A DNA stretch of 64,000 bases, from positions 32,001 to 96,000 of the forward strand of contig CAYZJA010000002.1 in the NCBI GenBank assembly GCA_964479005.1. The letters are read 5' to 3'. A program made the translations under genes and the position numbers. Positions 1 to 9,726 of this stretch are shown in pieces; positions within the stretch are counted from its first letter, which is position 1, and the number at the start of each line of letters is the position of its first letter. A model generated the notes under the pieces. That model made no database searches and was not told the DNA's origin. It saw only the letters and a list, made by a program, of their open reading frames with translations. The stretch is from an uncultured Candidatus Saccharibacteria bacterium (lineage in GTDB: Bacteria > Patescibacteriota > Minisyncoccia > UBA6257).

Positions 1-213
1 TTGGCATATTTTTTAATCACGCCCTTCAAATAAACCGGCGGTGGTAAATTCTCATATTCATCATTTTCTAAATCTTTAAGTATGGATAATAAAATTTTTG
101 TTTCTTCAGAAACTTTTTCTAAAGACCATCCTTTTTCCTGGCGCATTTTTTTTAAAAAAGCGCCGCATAATAAGCTTTCTTTATCGTTCATAATTTTCTT
201 TTTTATTAAAAAA

Positions 214-2331
214 TTAATTTTTCTTCTCTGCTTTTACAAATACCTCCCTTGGCTTAGCCCCATTAAGCGGTCCAACTATTCCCTTTTCTTCTAAAATATC
301 TAAAAGCCTGGCAGCTCTTGCATAACCAATTCGCAATCTTCTTTGCAATAAAGAAGCTGATGCTTTTTGAGCTTGTACTACCACATCATAAGCATCTGGA
401 TACAATTCATCTTCTTCTGTTTGATCTAACCCTCCAAAACCAATGCTTCTAGGAGATGGTGATCCCTCTATAAATTCTTGCAAATCCTCGGACAAACCAT
501 TTTCTTCTTCTTCAACTCCTGATTCTTCAATAATAAAAGTTACTAATTTATTAACTTCTTGTTCTGAAACATAGGCGCTTTGAATCCTTCGTGGTTTGGA
601 GGAATCAGGAGCAAGGTAAAGCATATCCCCGCTGCCTAAAAGTTTTTCTGCTCCACCAATATCCAAAATGGTTCGAGAATCTACTTGCGAAGCTACTTGA
701 AAAGCAATTCGCGCTGTAATATTTGCTTTAATTAAACCAGTAATTACTTCCACTGACGGCCTTTGCGTAGAAACAATAAGATGAATGCCTGTTGCCCGAG
801 CCATTTGCGAAATTCTAATTATTAAACCTTCCAAATCACGGCCATAACGCGCCATTAAATCAGCTAATTCATCAATAATTATTATTACATATGGCAATGG
901 CATTTCCTTTTTTGCCAAGGTTTTTAGATTATAATCTTCAATATCACGGCTTTTATATTCAGAAAGCAAATTATACCTTCTTTCCATTTCATTCGTAGCC
1001 CAACGAAGCGCTGGAAGCACTTTTTTATAATCAGTGATAACTGGCGTCAAAAGGTGCGGTATCTCATTGTAGTGAGAAAGTTCAACCCTCTTGGGGTCTA
1101 TCAAAATTAATCTTAACGTTTCTGGAGAATTTTTAAAAAGAAAAGATGAAAGAATACCATGAATGCATACGGATTTCCCCGAACCTGTAGACCCAGCTAT
1201 TAAAAGATGCGGCATTTTGCTCAAATCCGCCAGTAATGCATCGCCTTTTACATTTCTACCTAATGCAAAAGACAATGACGAAGCGACTTTTTGAAAATCG
1301 CTTTCTTTTAATAAACTCCCCAAACGAACTAATGAAATAGATTTATTAGGAACCTCAATCCCAACTAATGATCTTCCAGGAATAGGAGCTTCTATGCGTA
1401 ATGGATGAGCTGCCAAAGCTAAAGCTAAATCATTTTGAAGGGCAGTGACGCTGGAAAGCTTTACGCCTTCAGCCGGCTTAAAAGTATATTGGGTAACTGT
1501 TGGCCCCACATTTACTTCTCCCATTTCCACATCAATTCCAAAGTTTTGAAGAGTTCTTTTAATAATATTGGCATTAGCCCTGATATCACCAACGCGAGGA
1601 CGAATATTTTCAGTTTCCAATAAACCTAACGATGGAAATTTGTAATTACTTTTTGATCTTATAAAAGCGCGCATTTTCTTTTCTGATTTGGCTTCTTTAT
1701 CTTTTTGTTCTTTATCAGTAACCTCTTCAATTATTTTTTCTGGCTCAGAAATTACTTTTTTTTCCACAGATTCTGGAAAAGAAGAAATTTCTACCTCTTC
1801 TTCCTCTTCTTCTTTGCCCTTTCTCAAAAATCTAAGAGGAATATTCAAAACTAATAAAAATCCCGAGATTAAAACAGCTATATATATAATTAAAGTAGGC
1901 CAAAGCCCCAAATAATTTTTTAGCAAAGCGCCTATAGTACCAACTATACCACCCTTGCCATTGGCAAAAATCTCAAGAAGGGAAAGAGTTGAAAATAGTA
2001 TAAAAAAACATCCCTGAAATGTAAAAATAGTAAAATTAATCTTTTCAGATAAAGAGCGGAAAAAAATAAATGATATTAATAAAAAAAGGATTGGTAAAAC
2101 AAAATATCCCCACCCTAAAAGGTAATCAAAAAGCTTAAATACCCCTCTTCCTATAGGACCAGCTAGATTAAAGGAGCTTAATATTAAAATCAAAGCTAAA
2201 CATAAAAAGAGAATCACATAAAGGCTATTCCTAATTTCTGTGCCCAAAGATGCCTCTGGAATTATTCTCCTTAAAATTCCTCTTCCATTTTCCAAAAAAT
2301 TGATTTTTAGTCCTTTCTTCTTTTTACTCAT
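214..2331 (-). CDS. ftsK: DNA translocase FtsK/SpoIIIE
   Basis: 705 aa. N-terminal TM helices and an acidic linker precede a Walker A motif (GSTGSGKS). The C-terminal winged-helix gamma domain (LLQRRLRIGYARAARLLDILEEKGIVGP) is present. Confidence 0.9.
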   Translation of the reverse strand: MSKKKKGLKINFLENGRGILRRIIPEASLGTEIRNSLYVILFLCLALILILSSFNLAGPIGRGVFKLFDYLLGWGYFVLPILFLLISFIFFRSLSEKINFTIFTFQGCFFILFSTLSLLEIFANGKGGIVGTIGALLKNYLGLWPTLIIYIAVLISGFLLVLNIPLRFLRKGKEEEEEEVEISSFPESVEKKVISEPEKIIEEVTDKEQKDKEAKSEKKMRAFIRSKSNYKFPSLGLLETENIRPRVGDIRANANIIKRTLQNFGIDVEMGEVNVGPTVTQYTFKPAEGVKLSSVTALQNDLALALAAHPLRIEAPIPGRSLVGIEVPNKSISLVRLGSLLKESDFQKVASSLSFALGRNVKGDALLADLSKMPHLLIAGSTGSGKSVCIHGILSSFLFKNSPETLRLILIDPKRVELSHYNEIPHLLTPVITDYKKVLPALRWATNEMERRYNLLSEYKSRDIEDYNLKTLAKKEMPLPYVIIIIDELADLMARYGRDLEGLIIRISQMARATGIHLIVSTQRPSVEVITGLIKANITARIAFQVASQVDSRTILDIGGAEKLLGSGDMLYLAPDSSKPRRIQSAYVSEQEVNKLVTFIIEESGVEEEENGLSEDLQEFIEGSPSPRSIGFGGLDQTEEDELYPDAYDVVVQAQKASASLLQRRLRIGYARAARLLDILEEKGIVGPLNGAKPREVFVKAEKKN

Positions 2332-2376
2332 TGCTTACATTTTAACATAAAAAAGGAGCATTGATAAAGCCCTTTT

Positions 2377-2856
2377 TTAGGTGTATCTATCAGCTACTTT
2401 AGAAGCTCCATAAGATTCAGGCTTAGTCTTGACATTAAAACCAGAACCTCTAACCATGCCAATTATTTCTTGAAGCATCTCCTTTGTTTTTCCTCGAGAA
2501 CCAATGTCTACATGAACCTCAAAATCAAAATTAATATTTCTATCTTGAGATAAATTAAATAAGATTTCTTCGGCTAATTTCAAAGAGATCATTACTTCCT
2601 GATAAATTCTTGCCCTCAAACTATTAATCTTTTTTTGGTTAACTCTTCGCCAAAAGAATCTTCCTCCATGTCCAACGCGATAAACAACAATGGCGCTGAC
2701 AAAATCTGTTGTCCCATGATTAGCAGAATCTGTCCCAATCACAACTTTATATTTTTCCGTAGGGTCAGATTTAATATAAAAAAGAAGCTCTTTCACAAGT
2801 TCCTTATAACTAAATGATTTGCCACTTGGCGAATTAAACCTCTTCTTATTATCCAT
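2377..2856 (-). CDS. Hypothetical protein, possibly DUF458/YkuK-like RNase H-fold family
   Basis: 159 aa. Motifs VVIGTDS...SAIVVYRVGHGG...HVDIG...GMVRGSGF...KP.SY.ASKVADRY resemble the DUF458 family. The assignment is from memory only. Confidence 0.4.
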   Translation of the reverse strand: MDNKKRFNSPSGKSFSYKELVKELLFYIKSDPTEKYKVVIGTDSANHGTTDFVSAIVVYRVGHGGRFFWRRVNQKKINSLRARIYQEVMISLKLAEEILFNLSQDRNINFDFEVHVDIGSRGKTKEMLQEIIGMVRGSGFNVKTKPESYGASKVADRYT

Positions 2857-2865
2857 TGCAAAAAT

Positions 2866-3066
2866 TTAATAGTTAATAAAAGGCAAAAGACCCATTACTC
2901 TGGCCTTTTTTACGGCTTTTTTTAATAAACGCTGGTGCTTAGCGCATAAATTAGTTTTTCTTTGAGGATAAATCTTCATCTGGCTGGAAATAAAGCGCTT
3001 CAAAGTTTCCACATCTTTATAATCTATTTCTTTTTTATTTTGGAGACAAAAATAACATTGAGACAT
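2866..3066 (-). CDS. rpsR: 30S ribosomal protein S18
   Basis: 66 aa. Carries CYFC...[14 protein letters not shown]...CAKHQR...ARVMGLLP, the canonical S18 signature. Confidence 0.9.
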   Translation of the reverse strand: MSQCYFCLQNKKEIDYKDVETLKRFISSQMKIYPQRKTNLCAKHQRLLKKAVKKARVMGLLPFINY

Positions 3067-3088
3067 AATAATAACAAATTTTTAATTT

Positions 3089-4630
3089 TTAACGGCTGGC
3101 TAATTCTTTAAGATAAGAAATATCCCTTTCATACCTATCAGCTATCGCCAGTACATTATCTCCGTAAAAACGATAACGTGTATTTGTGGATCCAGAAAAA
3201 TAAATCATCGCCGCGCGCCACTCTGCATCCCTTGTTTGTTTAGCTGCCCCCCATCTGGATAAATATAAAGCAGCGGCAACAAAAGCATCTCTAATATCCC
3301 AAGGATTAGCAGGATTATTACCTGTGATTTTACTCACCTTATCTTTGTAAATCATCCATGTTGAGGGGATAAATTGAGCCGGACCCATTGCTCCGCCCCA
3401 ACCAACCTGTTTTCCACTTCTAAACATTGGGCAGGAGACAGGAGTTGTGTTAGGATCTAATCCCAATTCCCTGCAAACTTGTAAAAATGGTTGTTGATCC
3501 CTGCTTGGTTTCATTATCTCTCTCCAGCTTTTACTCGGAGGATCCCCAGGACGGTTACAAGTTCCTACATTCTGTCCTAAATTAGATTCCTGAGTCAAAA
3601 TTGCTAAAAGAAAAGCTGGCCTTACTCCAGTACGACTACTTACCCAATTGGCTATTTCCAATGCTTCACCAAAAGTAACTTGAGTTTTTACCCCAATTAA
3701 CTGATAAATACGCGCTCTAATCTCATTCGCTTTTTGCCTTGATTCAGACAACATTTGCTGATACTTATCTTCGTTTCCATCAGTAATATGCCAAAGATCA
3801 ACTTTTTCACTCTCTGTTCTATTTAAATCATTTTTCTGGAGCAACTGCATTGCTAATAAGTTTTGAGTTTCATCCTTGTCACTGCTTAATTCTTGATTTT
3901 GCTTATTTAAAGTTAGCTTTAAGGCTTCAAGCTCTTCAATACTTTCTTGAATCCTTTCCTGAATATTATTAAGAGCATTGGAATAATCAAAAAACTCGCT
4001 TATTGTCCCTGACCCCAACAGTATTTCTAAGAGCGACACCTGCTTTAATTGATAAAAAGATTGTAAAGAATTTGTTAAATTTTCTTTTGTTGCCCCTACT
4101 TTATCAATAGTTTTAATAATAGAAGTTGTCGTTTCATCAATTCTTACATCAAGATATTGCAAATTGAGATTGGTAGATTTGATTTGAAGGCTTAATTTTG
4201 ACGCCCTGCTTCTTAATTCATTAATTTTATTTTGAAGGGTCTGCTTTTCCTGTTTTGTCGTAACTATTAATTTTTCATATTCGGCTATTTCTTTTTCAAC
4301 TGATGCTAACTCTTCCTCTAATTTAGCCCGCTCTTCATCATATAGAGCTTCTGCTTCTTTTGATTGAAAAAAGATTGGCGCTGTTACGCTGGATTGAATA
4401 ATGGAAAAAAGAAAAAAAGAAAAAATTAATAACGAAACAAATCTTTGTCTTGTTATTTTCGAACGAAGTGAAAAAACAAGGTTCTGCGGACAGAGTGCGC
4501 AGGTTCTTATTTTTTTCCCTTTAGAAAAAAAGGGTGGAATAAATATTTTTCTCTTGTTTTCTACAATTTCTTTTTTAAAAGGAAAGGAAATATCTTTAAC
4601 CTTCTTTCTAGAAATAGACTTAATAACCAT
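3089..4630 (-). CDS. Membrane-anchored coiled-coil protein with C-terminal lytic transglycosylase (MltB/Slt-like) domain
   Basis: 513 aa with an N-terminal TM helix and about 250 aa of heptad-like coiled coil. The C-terminus carries GWGGAMGPAQFIPSTW, an MltB-type lytic transglycosylase motif. The N-terminal 50 aa may be over-called because a conserved non-coding element overlaps 4474-4511. Confidence 0.6.
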   Translation of the reverse strand: MVIKSISRKKVKDISFPFKKEIVENKRKIFIPPFFSKGKKIRTCALCPQNLVFSLRSKITRQRFVSLLIFSFFLFSIIQSSVTAPIFFQSKEAEALYDEERAKLEEELASVEKEIAEYEKLIVTTKQEKQTLQNKINELRSRASKLSLQIKSTNLNLQYLDVRIDETTTSIIKTIDKVGATKENLTNSLQSFYQLKQVSLLEILLGSGTISEFFDYSNALNNIQERIQESIEELEALKLTLNKQNQELSSDKDETQNLLAMQLLQKNDLNRTESEKVDLWHITDGNEDKYQQMLSESRQKANEIRARIYQLIGVKTQVTFGEALEIANWVSSRTGVRPAFLLAILTQESNLGQNVGTCNRPGDPPSKSWREIMKPSRDQQPFLQVCRELGLDPNTTPVSCPMFRSGKQVGWGGAMGPAQFIPSTWMIYKDKVSKITGNNPANPWDIRDAFVAAALYLSRWGAAKQTRDAEWRAAMIYFSGSTNTRYRFYGDNVLAIADRYERDISYLKELASR

Positions 4631-4660
4631 TTTGAAGATTTTGTTACTACTTTTTTATCG

Positions 4661-5425
4661 CTACTTTTTTTTAGAATCATCACTTTCAGAAACTTTCTCT
4701 TTCTCTTTTCCTTCTTCTTCCTTTTCCTTGCCCTCCATAACTTTAGCGGAAGATGGTTTCTCTTCTCCGCCTTCTTCCTCTTCTCCTTCTTTCTTCTCGC
4801 CTTCTACCTCTACATCTTCCACAGTTTTAGCTTCTCCAAGTTCTTTTTCAAATTCTTCTTCTGTAATTGGAGCATTTACAGACACAACAGGCGTATTTTC
4901 ATCAATCAAAACCTTTACTTTCGAAGAGAAATTAATGTCTTTGATATAAAGCGTCTGATCAAAATCTGTGAGCGAGGAAATATCAACAATAATTTCGTGA
5001 GGAATATCCATTGGCAAAGCTTCCACTTCTATTTCGCTCGTTGGTTTAACCAGAACTCCACCAAGTTTCACAGCTGGTGATTCGCCAGTAAAATTAACAG
5101 GAATATGGGCTGTTATCAGCTTATCCATTTCCACTTCAAAAAAATCTACATGAAGGAATGAACCATCTAAAAAATGATTGCTAACATTTTGAACTAAAAC
5201 GCTTTTTGTCTGCTTTTTCTTCTCGTTCTCAATTATTAAATTAATTATATCTGTATCTCCAGCTTCTTTATAAACATCCTTAAAATCTTGAGTATTCACC
5301 TGCAGGGAACAAGCTGGAGTTTTTTTTCCATAAAGAACAGCCGGAATAAAACCTTGCTCCCGAAGGAGCTTATTCTGTTTACCAAAAACAGTCCTTTTTT
5401 TTACTTTTAAGGTTAAATTTGTCAT
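4661..5425 (-). CDS. rplY: 50S ribosomal protein L25 / general stress protein Ctc, with acidic K/E-rich C-terminal tail
   Basis: 254 aa. The L25/Ctc beta-barrel region is alignable (KVKKRTVFGK...LREQGFIPAVLYG...). The C-terminal tail is E/K-rich. Confidence 0.85.
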   Translation of the reverse strand: MTNLTLKVKKRTVFGKQNKLLREQGFIPAVLYGKKTPACSLQVNTQDFKDVYKEAGDTDIINLIIENEKKKQTKSVLVQNVSNHFLDGSFLHVDFFEVEMDKLITAHIPVNFTGESPAVKLGGVLVKPTSEIEVEALPMDIPHEIIVDISSLTDFDQTLYIKDINFSSKVKVLIDENTPVVSVNAPITEEEFEKELGEAKTVEDVEVEGEKKEGEEEEGGEEKPSSAKVMEGKEKEEEGKEKEKVSESDDSKKK

Positions 5426-5482
5426 ATTGTCTACCTATTCTAACGAAAAATCCCTAAAAAAGCAAGAATAAATTATCTTTAA

Positions 5483-6127
5483 TTACTTGTCATTTAGGCT
5501 TTCTTTAAAATATGAAATTCTTTCTATGGGGTCTTCTGCTTCAAAAATAGCTGAACCAATTCCTACAAAATCCACACCTGATTTTTTAACTTCTTCTAAA
5601 TTTTCTTCATTTACCCCACCGTCTATCTCGCATAAAACTTTAGGATATTTTGTTTTAAATTCCTGAATTCTATCCAGTACAAACCATTCAAATTTCTGAC
5701 CAGAAGGGCCTGGGGTTACTCCTAACGCGACAACAATATCTATTTTCTTTAAATATTGATCAAGAGCAGTAAATGGAGTTCCTGGATTAATGGCTATGCC
5801 CAATTCTACTCCATTTTTACGGCAAAGCTCGTAGATATAAGAAAAATCTTTTATTGCCTCATAATGAATAATGACTCTCTTAGGAGAAGTTTCCAGCCAG
5901 TAAGGCAAAACCTGCTCAGGGTTAAAAACCATTAAGTGTAATTCAAATTTCCCTTTTATTTTTTTGATTTTTTTTAAAATTTCCGGACTATTCCATGTTT
6001 TCCAGGAAGTAAATTTACCATCAGCTATATCAATCTGAAAAATTCCATCAAAATCTTTTAATAATCTAATTTTTTCTTTAAGTTTTTGTATTGTTTTAGT
6101 ATTAATAACTGGAATGAGTTTAGGCAT
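5483..6127 (-). CDS. rpe: Ribulose-phosphate 3-epimerase
   Basis: 214 aa TIM-barrel sequence with HLMV, GVTPG and DGGV motifs. Confidence 0.8.
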   Translation of the reverse strand: MPKLIPVINTKTIQKLKEKIRLLKDFDGIFQIDIADGKFTSWKTWNSPEILKKIKKIKGKFELHLMVFNPEQVLPYWLETSPKRVIIHYEAIKDFSYIYELCRKNGVELGIAINPGTPFTALDQYLKKIDIVVALGVTPGPSGQKFEWFVLDRIQEFKTKYPKVLCEIDGGVNEENLEEVKKSGVDFVGIGSAIFEAEDPIERISYFKESLNDK

Positions 6128-6164
6128 AATTATAGAACAATTAACAATTAATAAATATTAAATA

Positions 6165-6608
6165 TCAATTTAACAAATTAGCAATCTTCTTTAATCTTCT
6201 TTTGTGGCGTGTTTCATTTTTAAATTTTGACTTCAACCATTCTTTAATAATCTTTTCACTAGTTCCAGCATCAGTAATATCGGCTGCTAAGCATAAAATA
6301 TTAATATCATCTTCTTCTACGGCTCTTTTTGCCATATAGCCAGAAAGACAAAGACCTGCTCTTATTTCTTTAAATTTATTAGCCACAATACTCATTCCAA
6401 TACCTGTTCCGCAAATAAGAATGCCTTTATCTTTTTTTAAATCAGAGGATATTTTCTCTACAACTTTTTTTGCAAAATCAGGATAATCATCTTCTTCGTC
6501 ATATTCCAAATTGCCCAAATCCTGAAATTTGATTTTTTCCTGTTCTAAAAATTTCTTAAGCTCTTTTTTTAAATTATATCCACGGTGATCAGCTCCTAAA
6601 TAAATCAT
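6165..6608 (-). CDS. rpiB: Ribose-5-phosphate isomerase B
   Basis: 147 aa with LGADHRG...ICGTGIGMSI motifs of the RpiB/LacAB family. It overlaps gap by 4 nt, which indicates an operon. Confidence 0.85.
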   Translation of the reverse strand: MIYLGADHRGYNLKKELKKFLEQEKIKFQDLGNLEYDEEDDYPDFAKKVVEKISSDLKKDKGILICGTGIGMSIVANKFKEIRAGLCLSGYMAKRAVEEDDINILCLAADITDAGTSEKIIKEWLKSKFKNETRHKRRLKKIANLLN

Positions 6609-7606
6609 GGTAATTTTTTAATCTGTTGGAGCAATGTCCATGAATAAGCCCATTCATTGTCATACCAAACTAAAATTTTTACTAAATCTTTATCTACCAC
6701 TTTGGTAAAACTTAAATCAACTATCGCAGGAGCAATGGTTTTAATAATATCAGAAGAAACTAATTGTTCATTTGTTGCCTCTACAATACCTTCCCAGTTT
6801 TTTTCTTCTGACGCTTTTTTAAAGATTTTATTAATTTCTTCTGCAGAAGTATCTTTCTCGGAAACAAAAGTAATATCAGCAATAGAACCGCAAACAACCG
6901 GCACTCTCAAGGCTATGCCGTCAAATTTCCCGCCTAAATCTTTCATAACTTTGCCAACGCATTTAGCTGCTCCAGTAGTAGAAGGAACAATGTTTTGACT
7001 AGCTGCTCTTCCTCTCCTCCAGTCTTTTGAATTAGGGCCATCAACTAAGCGTTGAGTAGAAGTATAAGCGTGAATTGTATTAAGAACTGCTTTTTTAATT
7101 CCAATTTTTTCTTGCAAAATTTTCATAATCGGCGCTACAGCATTAGTTGTGCAAGAACCATTAGAAATAATATCGAATTTTGCCAAATCTTCATCATTTA
7201 TTCCTATCAAAACTGTCTTCCCCAGCTTATCTTCCTCTCCTTTTGCAGGAGCAGTAATAATAACTTTTTTTGCGCCAGCTTCTATATGCGCTTTAGCTTT
7301 AACATAGTCACTAAATGCTCCAGTAGCTTCTATAACTAGATCAACTTCTAAATCCCCCCATGGAAGATTTTTTGGGTCTTTTTCCTGAAAAAATGGAATT
7401 TCCTTACCATCAATAACAAGCAACTTTCCTTGCTTTTCAATTTTTTTATCAAATTTTCCGTAGACTGTATCATTTTTCAAAAGATAGGCTAAATTCTCCA
7501 AGTCAGCCAAATCATTAATCGCGACTGTTTGAATTTTAGGTTCTTCAAAAGCCAATCGAAAAAATGCCCTGCCTATCCTTCCAAAACCATTTATACTAAT
7601 ACGCAT
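6605..7606 (-). CDS. gap: Glyceraldehyde-3-phosphate dehydrogenase
   Basis: 333 aa. Starts INGFGRIGR and has the catalytic SCTTN motif. Confidence 0.9.
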   Translation of the reverse strand: MRISINGFGRIGRAFFRLAFEEPKIQTVAINDLADLENLAYLLKNDTVYGKFDKKIEKQGKLLVIDGKEIPFFQEKDPKNLPWGDLEVDLVIEATGAFSDYVKAKAHIEAGAKKVIITAPAKGEEDKLGKTVLIGINDEDLAKFDIISNGSCTTNAVAPIMKILQEKIGIKKAVLNTIHAYTSTQRLVDGPNSKDWRRGRAASQNIVPSTTGAAKCVGKVMKDLGGKFDGIALRVPVVCGSIADITFVSEKDTSAEEINKIFKKASEEKNWEGIVEATNEQLVSSDIIKTIAPAIVDLSFTKVVDKDLVKILVWYDNEWAYSWTLLQQIKKLP

Positions 7607-7633
7607 GTTTTTAAAAATTAAATTACTTAATTA

Positions 7634-8317
7634 CTAATTACTTAGTAATTCTTTAATTGCCTTTCCAAATTCCTCAGCTGCATCTGGGCCATTGGCAGTA
7701 ATAATCTTATTATCAATTACCACTGGGCTATCTTCATATATTGCCCCATTTTCTTCTAAATCTTTTACCAAACTTTTATCCAATGCAGATGACCAAACAG
7801 TCGCTTTTTTATCTTCCAGAATTCCAGCTTTAGCTAAAAAAACTGGCGCAACACAAATTGCGGCCACTATTTTATTATTCTCGTAAAAATCTTTGGCTAA
7901 TTTATGAAACTTCTGATTATCTAATTCATTAGCCATGCCAGATCCCCCACAAAAAACAACTGCTTTATAATTTTCCAAATTAATTTCATCCAACTCAACA
8001 TGAATAACTACTTGGCCTCCTTGAGATCCTACAGCTATTCCTTTTTCAGTGCCAGTTGTATCAATGAAAAAACCAGCTTTTTCTAAAATTTCCTTGGGAA
8101 TAAAATATTCCTCATCTTGAAAATCTTTAAGAGCGACTACCATTAAAATCTTTTTTTCCATAGTAATATTAGTTAATTCATCATGAACATTAGGTTGAGT
8201 TGTTGAAGTTGTAGATGGCACTTTCTGAGGAGCAAAAAGCGTTAAAGGAACGCCCCAGAGAACTAATCCAAGGCCAACTATAATTAAAACTGCCGAATAA
8301 ATAAATCTATTTTTCAT
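7634..8317 (-). CDS. DJ-1/PfpI family protein with N-terminal membrane anchor
   Basis: 227 aa. An N-terminal TM helix is followed by a class I glutamine amidotransferase-like fold (KKILMVV...VVFCGGSG...AAICVAP). Confidence 0.6.
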   Translation of the reverse strand: MKNRFIYSAVLIIVGLGLVLWGVPLTLFAPQKVPSTTSTTQPNVHDELTNITMEKKILMVVALKDFQDEEYFIPKEILEKAGFFIDTTGTEKGIAVGSQGGQVVIHVELDEINLENYKAVVFCGGSGMANELDNQKFHKLAKDFYENNKIVAAICVAPVFLAKAGILEDKKATVWSSALDKSLVKDLEENGAIYEDSPVVIDNKIITANGPDAAEEFGKAIKELLSN

Positions 8318-8382
8318 ACTTCTTAAGCTATTTAATTATACCACAATTAATCTCAGTCATTCAAAGAAAAACAGCGCATGTA

Positions 8383-8646
8383 TTAGGCGCTGTTTTTCTT
8401 CTCTTCTTCAGTCTTATGAAAGCCCAAGATTTCCTCTAAGACCGGCTTATTAAAACCAATAACAATTTTATCATCAATTTCTATAACTGGTACTCCCATT
8501 TGTCCGCTTTTTTCCATTATTTCCTGAGCAACTTTTTCATCAATGCTTACATCAATATCTTGAAAATCTATATTATGTGATTTAAAAAAATCTTTAGCAA
8601 CATTACACCATGGGCATGCTGGGGTAGAATAAACTTTTATATTCAT
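8383..8646 (-). CDS. Glutaredoxin-like protein (NrdH/Grx family)
   Basis: 87 aa with a CPWC active site and a thioredoxin fold. Confidence 0.8.
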   Translation of the reverse strand: MNIKVYSTPACPWCNVAKDFFKSHNIDFQDIDVSIDEKVAQEIMEKSGQMGVPVIEIDDKIVIGFNKPVLEEILGFHKTEEEKKNSA

Positions 8647-8663
8647 AAATATCTATCTCTAAA

Positions 8664-9644
8664 TTAATTACAACTTGCATTCGCTCCAGCATTACTTTCT
8701 GTAGAACTATACGTAGGAGAAAAACTTGGGTTTGCCGATTCTGTGCTTAATGCTTCATCACAAAAATCTGGTTTATCCTGAAAAGCGCAGCAAACCACAG
8801 TTTTTACTGCTTCTGCTGTTCTTCCACCAAAATCAAATTCACTAATTTTATTTCCATCTAAAATCAAAGTCGGGGAACCTGTCACTCCATATATATTCTG
8901 ATTAGCAAAATCTTTTTCTGCATAAGCTAAGCCGCGATTTCCATCTGCTAAACAACCAGTTAATTTACTAACGTCAATTTGCGCTGCTTGTAAACAAAAA
9001 TCAACATCTCCTTCTTTAATATGGCAATCAATATATGCCCAAAAATTGTCTGATTGTTCTTCTCTCAAACAAATCTGACGTAAATTTTCTTGCGCCTCTT
9101 CATCACCATGCATTGCAGTAATTTTACCTCCCTCAATTGCGCCCATATACTCAACTTTAATATAAGGAGCTATTTGAGGCATATTTTTAACAATCTCATT
9201 TAAAATTCTTTGCATTTGCACGCCAAATGGACATTTACTAACAACAAATGCCTCTAAAACAGGTTCCTTTGTTTTATTAATATCCTCGCAAGTCATCTTC
9301 TCTCCTTCTGCAACTGCAGTATCTTCTTCTGGCTCCAATAAGCTAATTCCACTAGGAAAAAGAATTTTTCCATCTTTAGTCAAATACGAATCAAATTCCT
9401 CTTCATCAATTTTCATTTTAAATTTATAAACTCCACTTTCCTCAGACACAGAAACCAAAACAGCCTCAGCACCATCCAGCATATTTTCACTAACAAAATC
9501 AACAGCTTCTTGAACAGTTTCCTCCGCTTTTTGACTGCCAAAACCTCCAAACAATGCACCATCACTATTCATTTTGCCATACCCAATTAAAAATGCGGCA
9601 ATCATTAAGGTAATTAAAATCCAAGATAAATTTATTTTATTCAT
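8664..9644 (-). CDS. Secreted thioredoxin-fold/DsbA-like thiol-disulfide oxidoreductase
   Basis: 326 aa with a signal/TM anchor. It has a CPFG(V) motif in a DsbA-like domain, multiple Cys pairs and an S/T-rich C-terminus. Confidence 0.5.
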   Translation of the reverse strand: MNKINLSWILITLMIAAFLIGYGKMNSDGALFGGFGSQKAEETVQEAVDFVSENMLDGAEAVLVSVSEESGVYKFKMKIDEEEFDSYLTKDGKILFPSGISLLEPEEDTAVAEGEKMTCEDINKTKEPVLEAFVVSKCPFGVQMQRILNEIVKNMPQIAPYIKVEYMGAIEGGKITAMHGDEEAQENLRQICLREEQSDNFWAYIDCHIKEGDVDFCLQAAQIDVSKLTGCLADGNRGLAYAEKDFANQNIYGVTGSPTLILDGNKISEFDFGGRTAEAVKTVVCCAFQDKPDFCDEALSTESANPSFSPTYSSTESNAGANASCN

Positions 9645-9726
9645 ATTAAGTTTTAGTTTTTTATTCTTTATTTTTTCGACTTTAAATTCACCTAAATATA
9701 GGTTCTAAAATTCTAACAAATTTTTT

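Noticed and set aside
82-294. 70-aa ORF at the window start
   Set aside because: It overlaps the ftsK 3' end on the opposite strand, and the sequence is low-complexity.
4401-4949. 182-aa plus-strand ORF antisense to rplY and the transglycosylase gene
   Set aside because: The sequence is low-complexity, and it is antisense to a well-supported ribosomal protein gene. It is almost certainly a shadow ORF.
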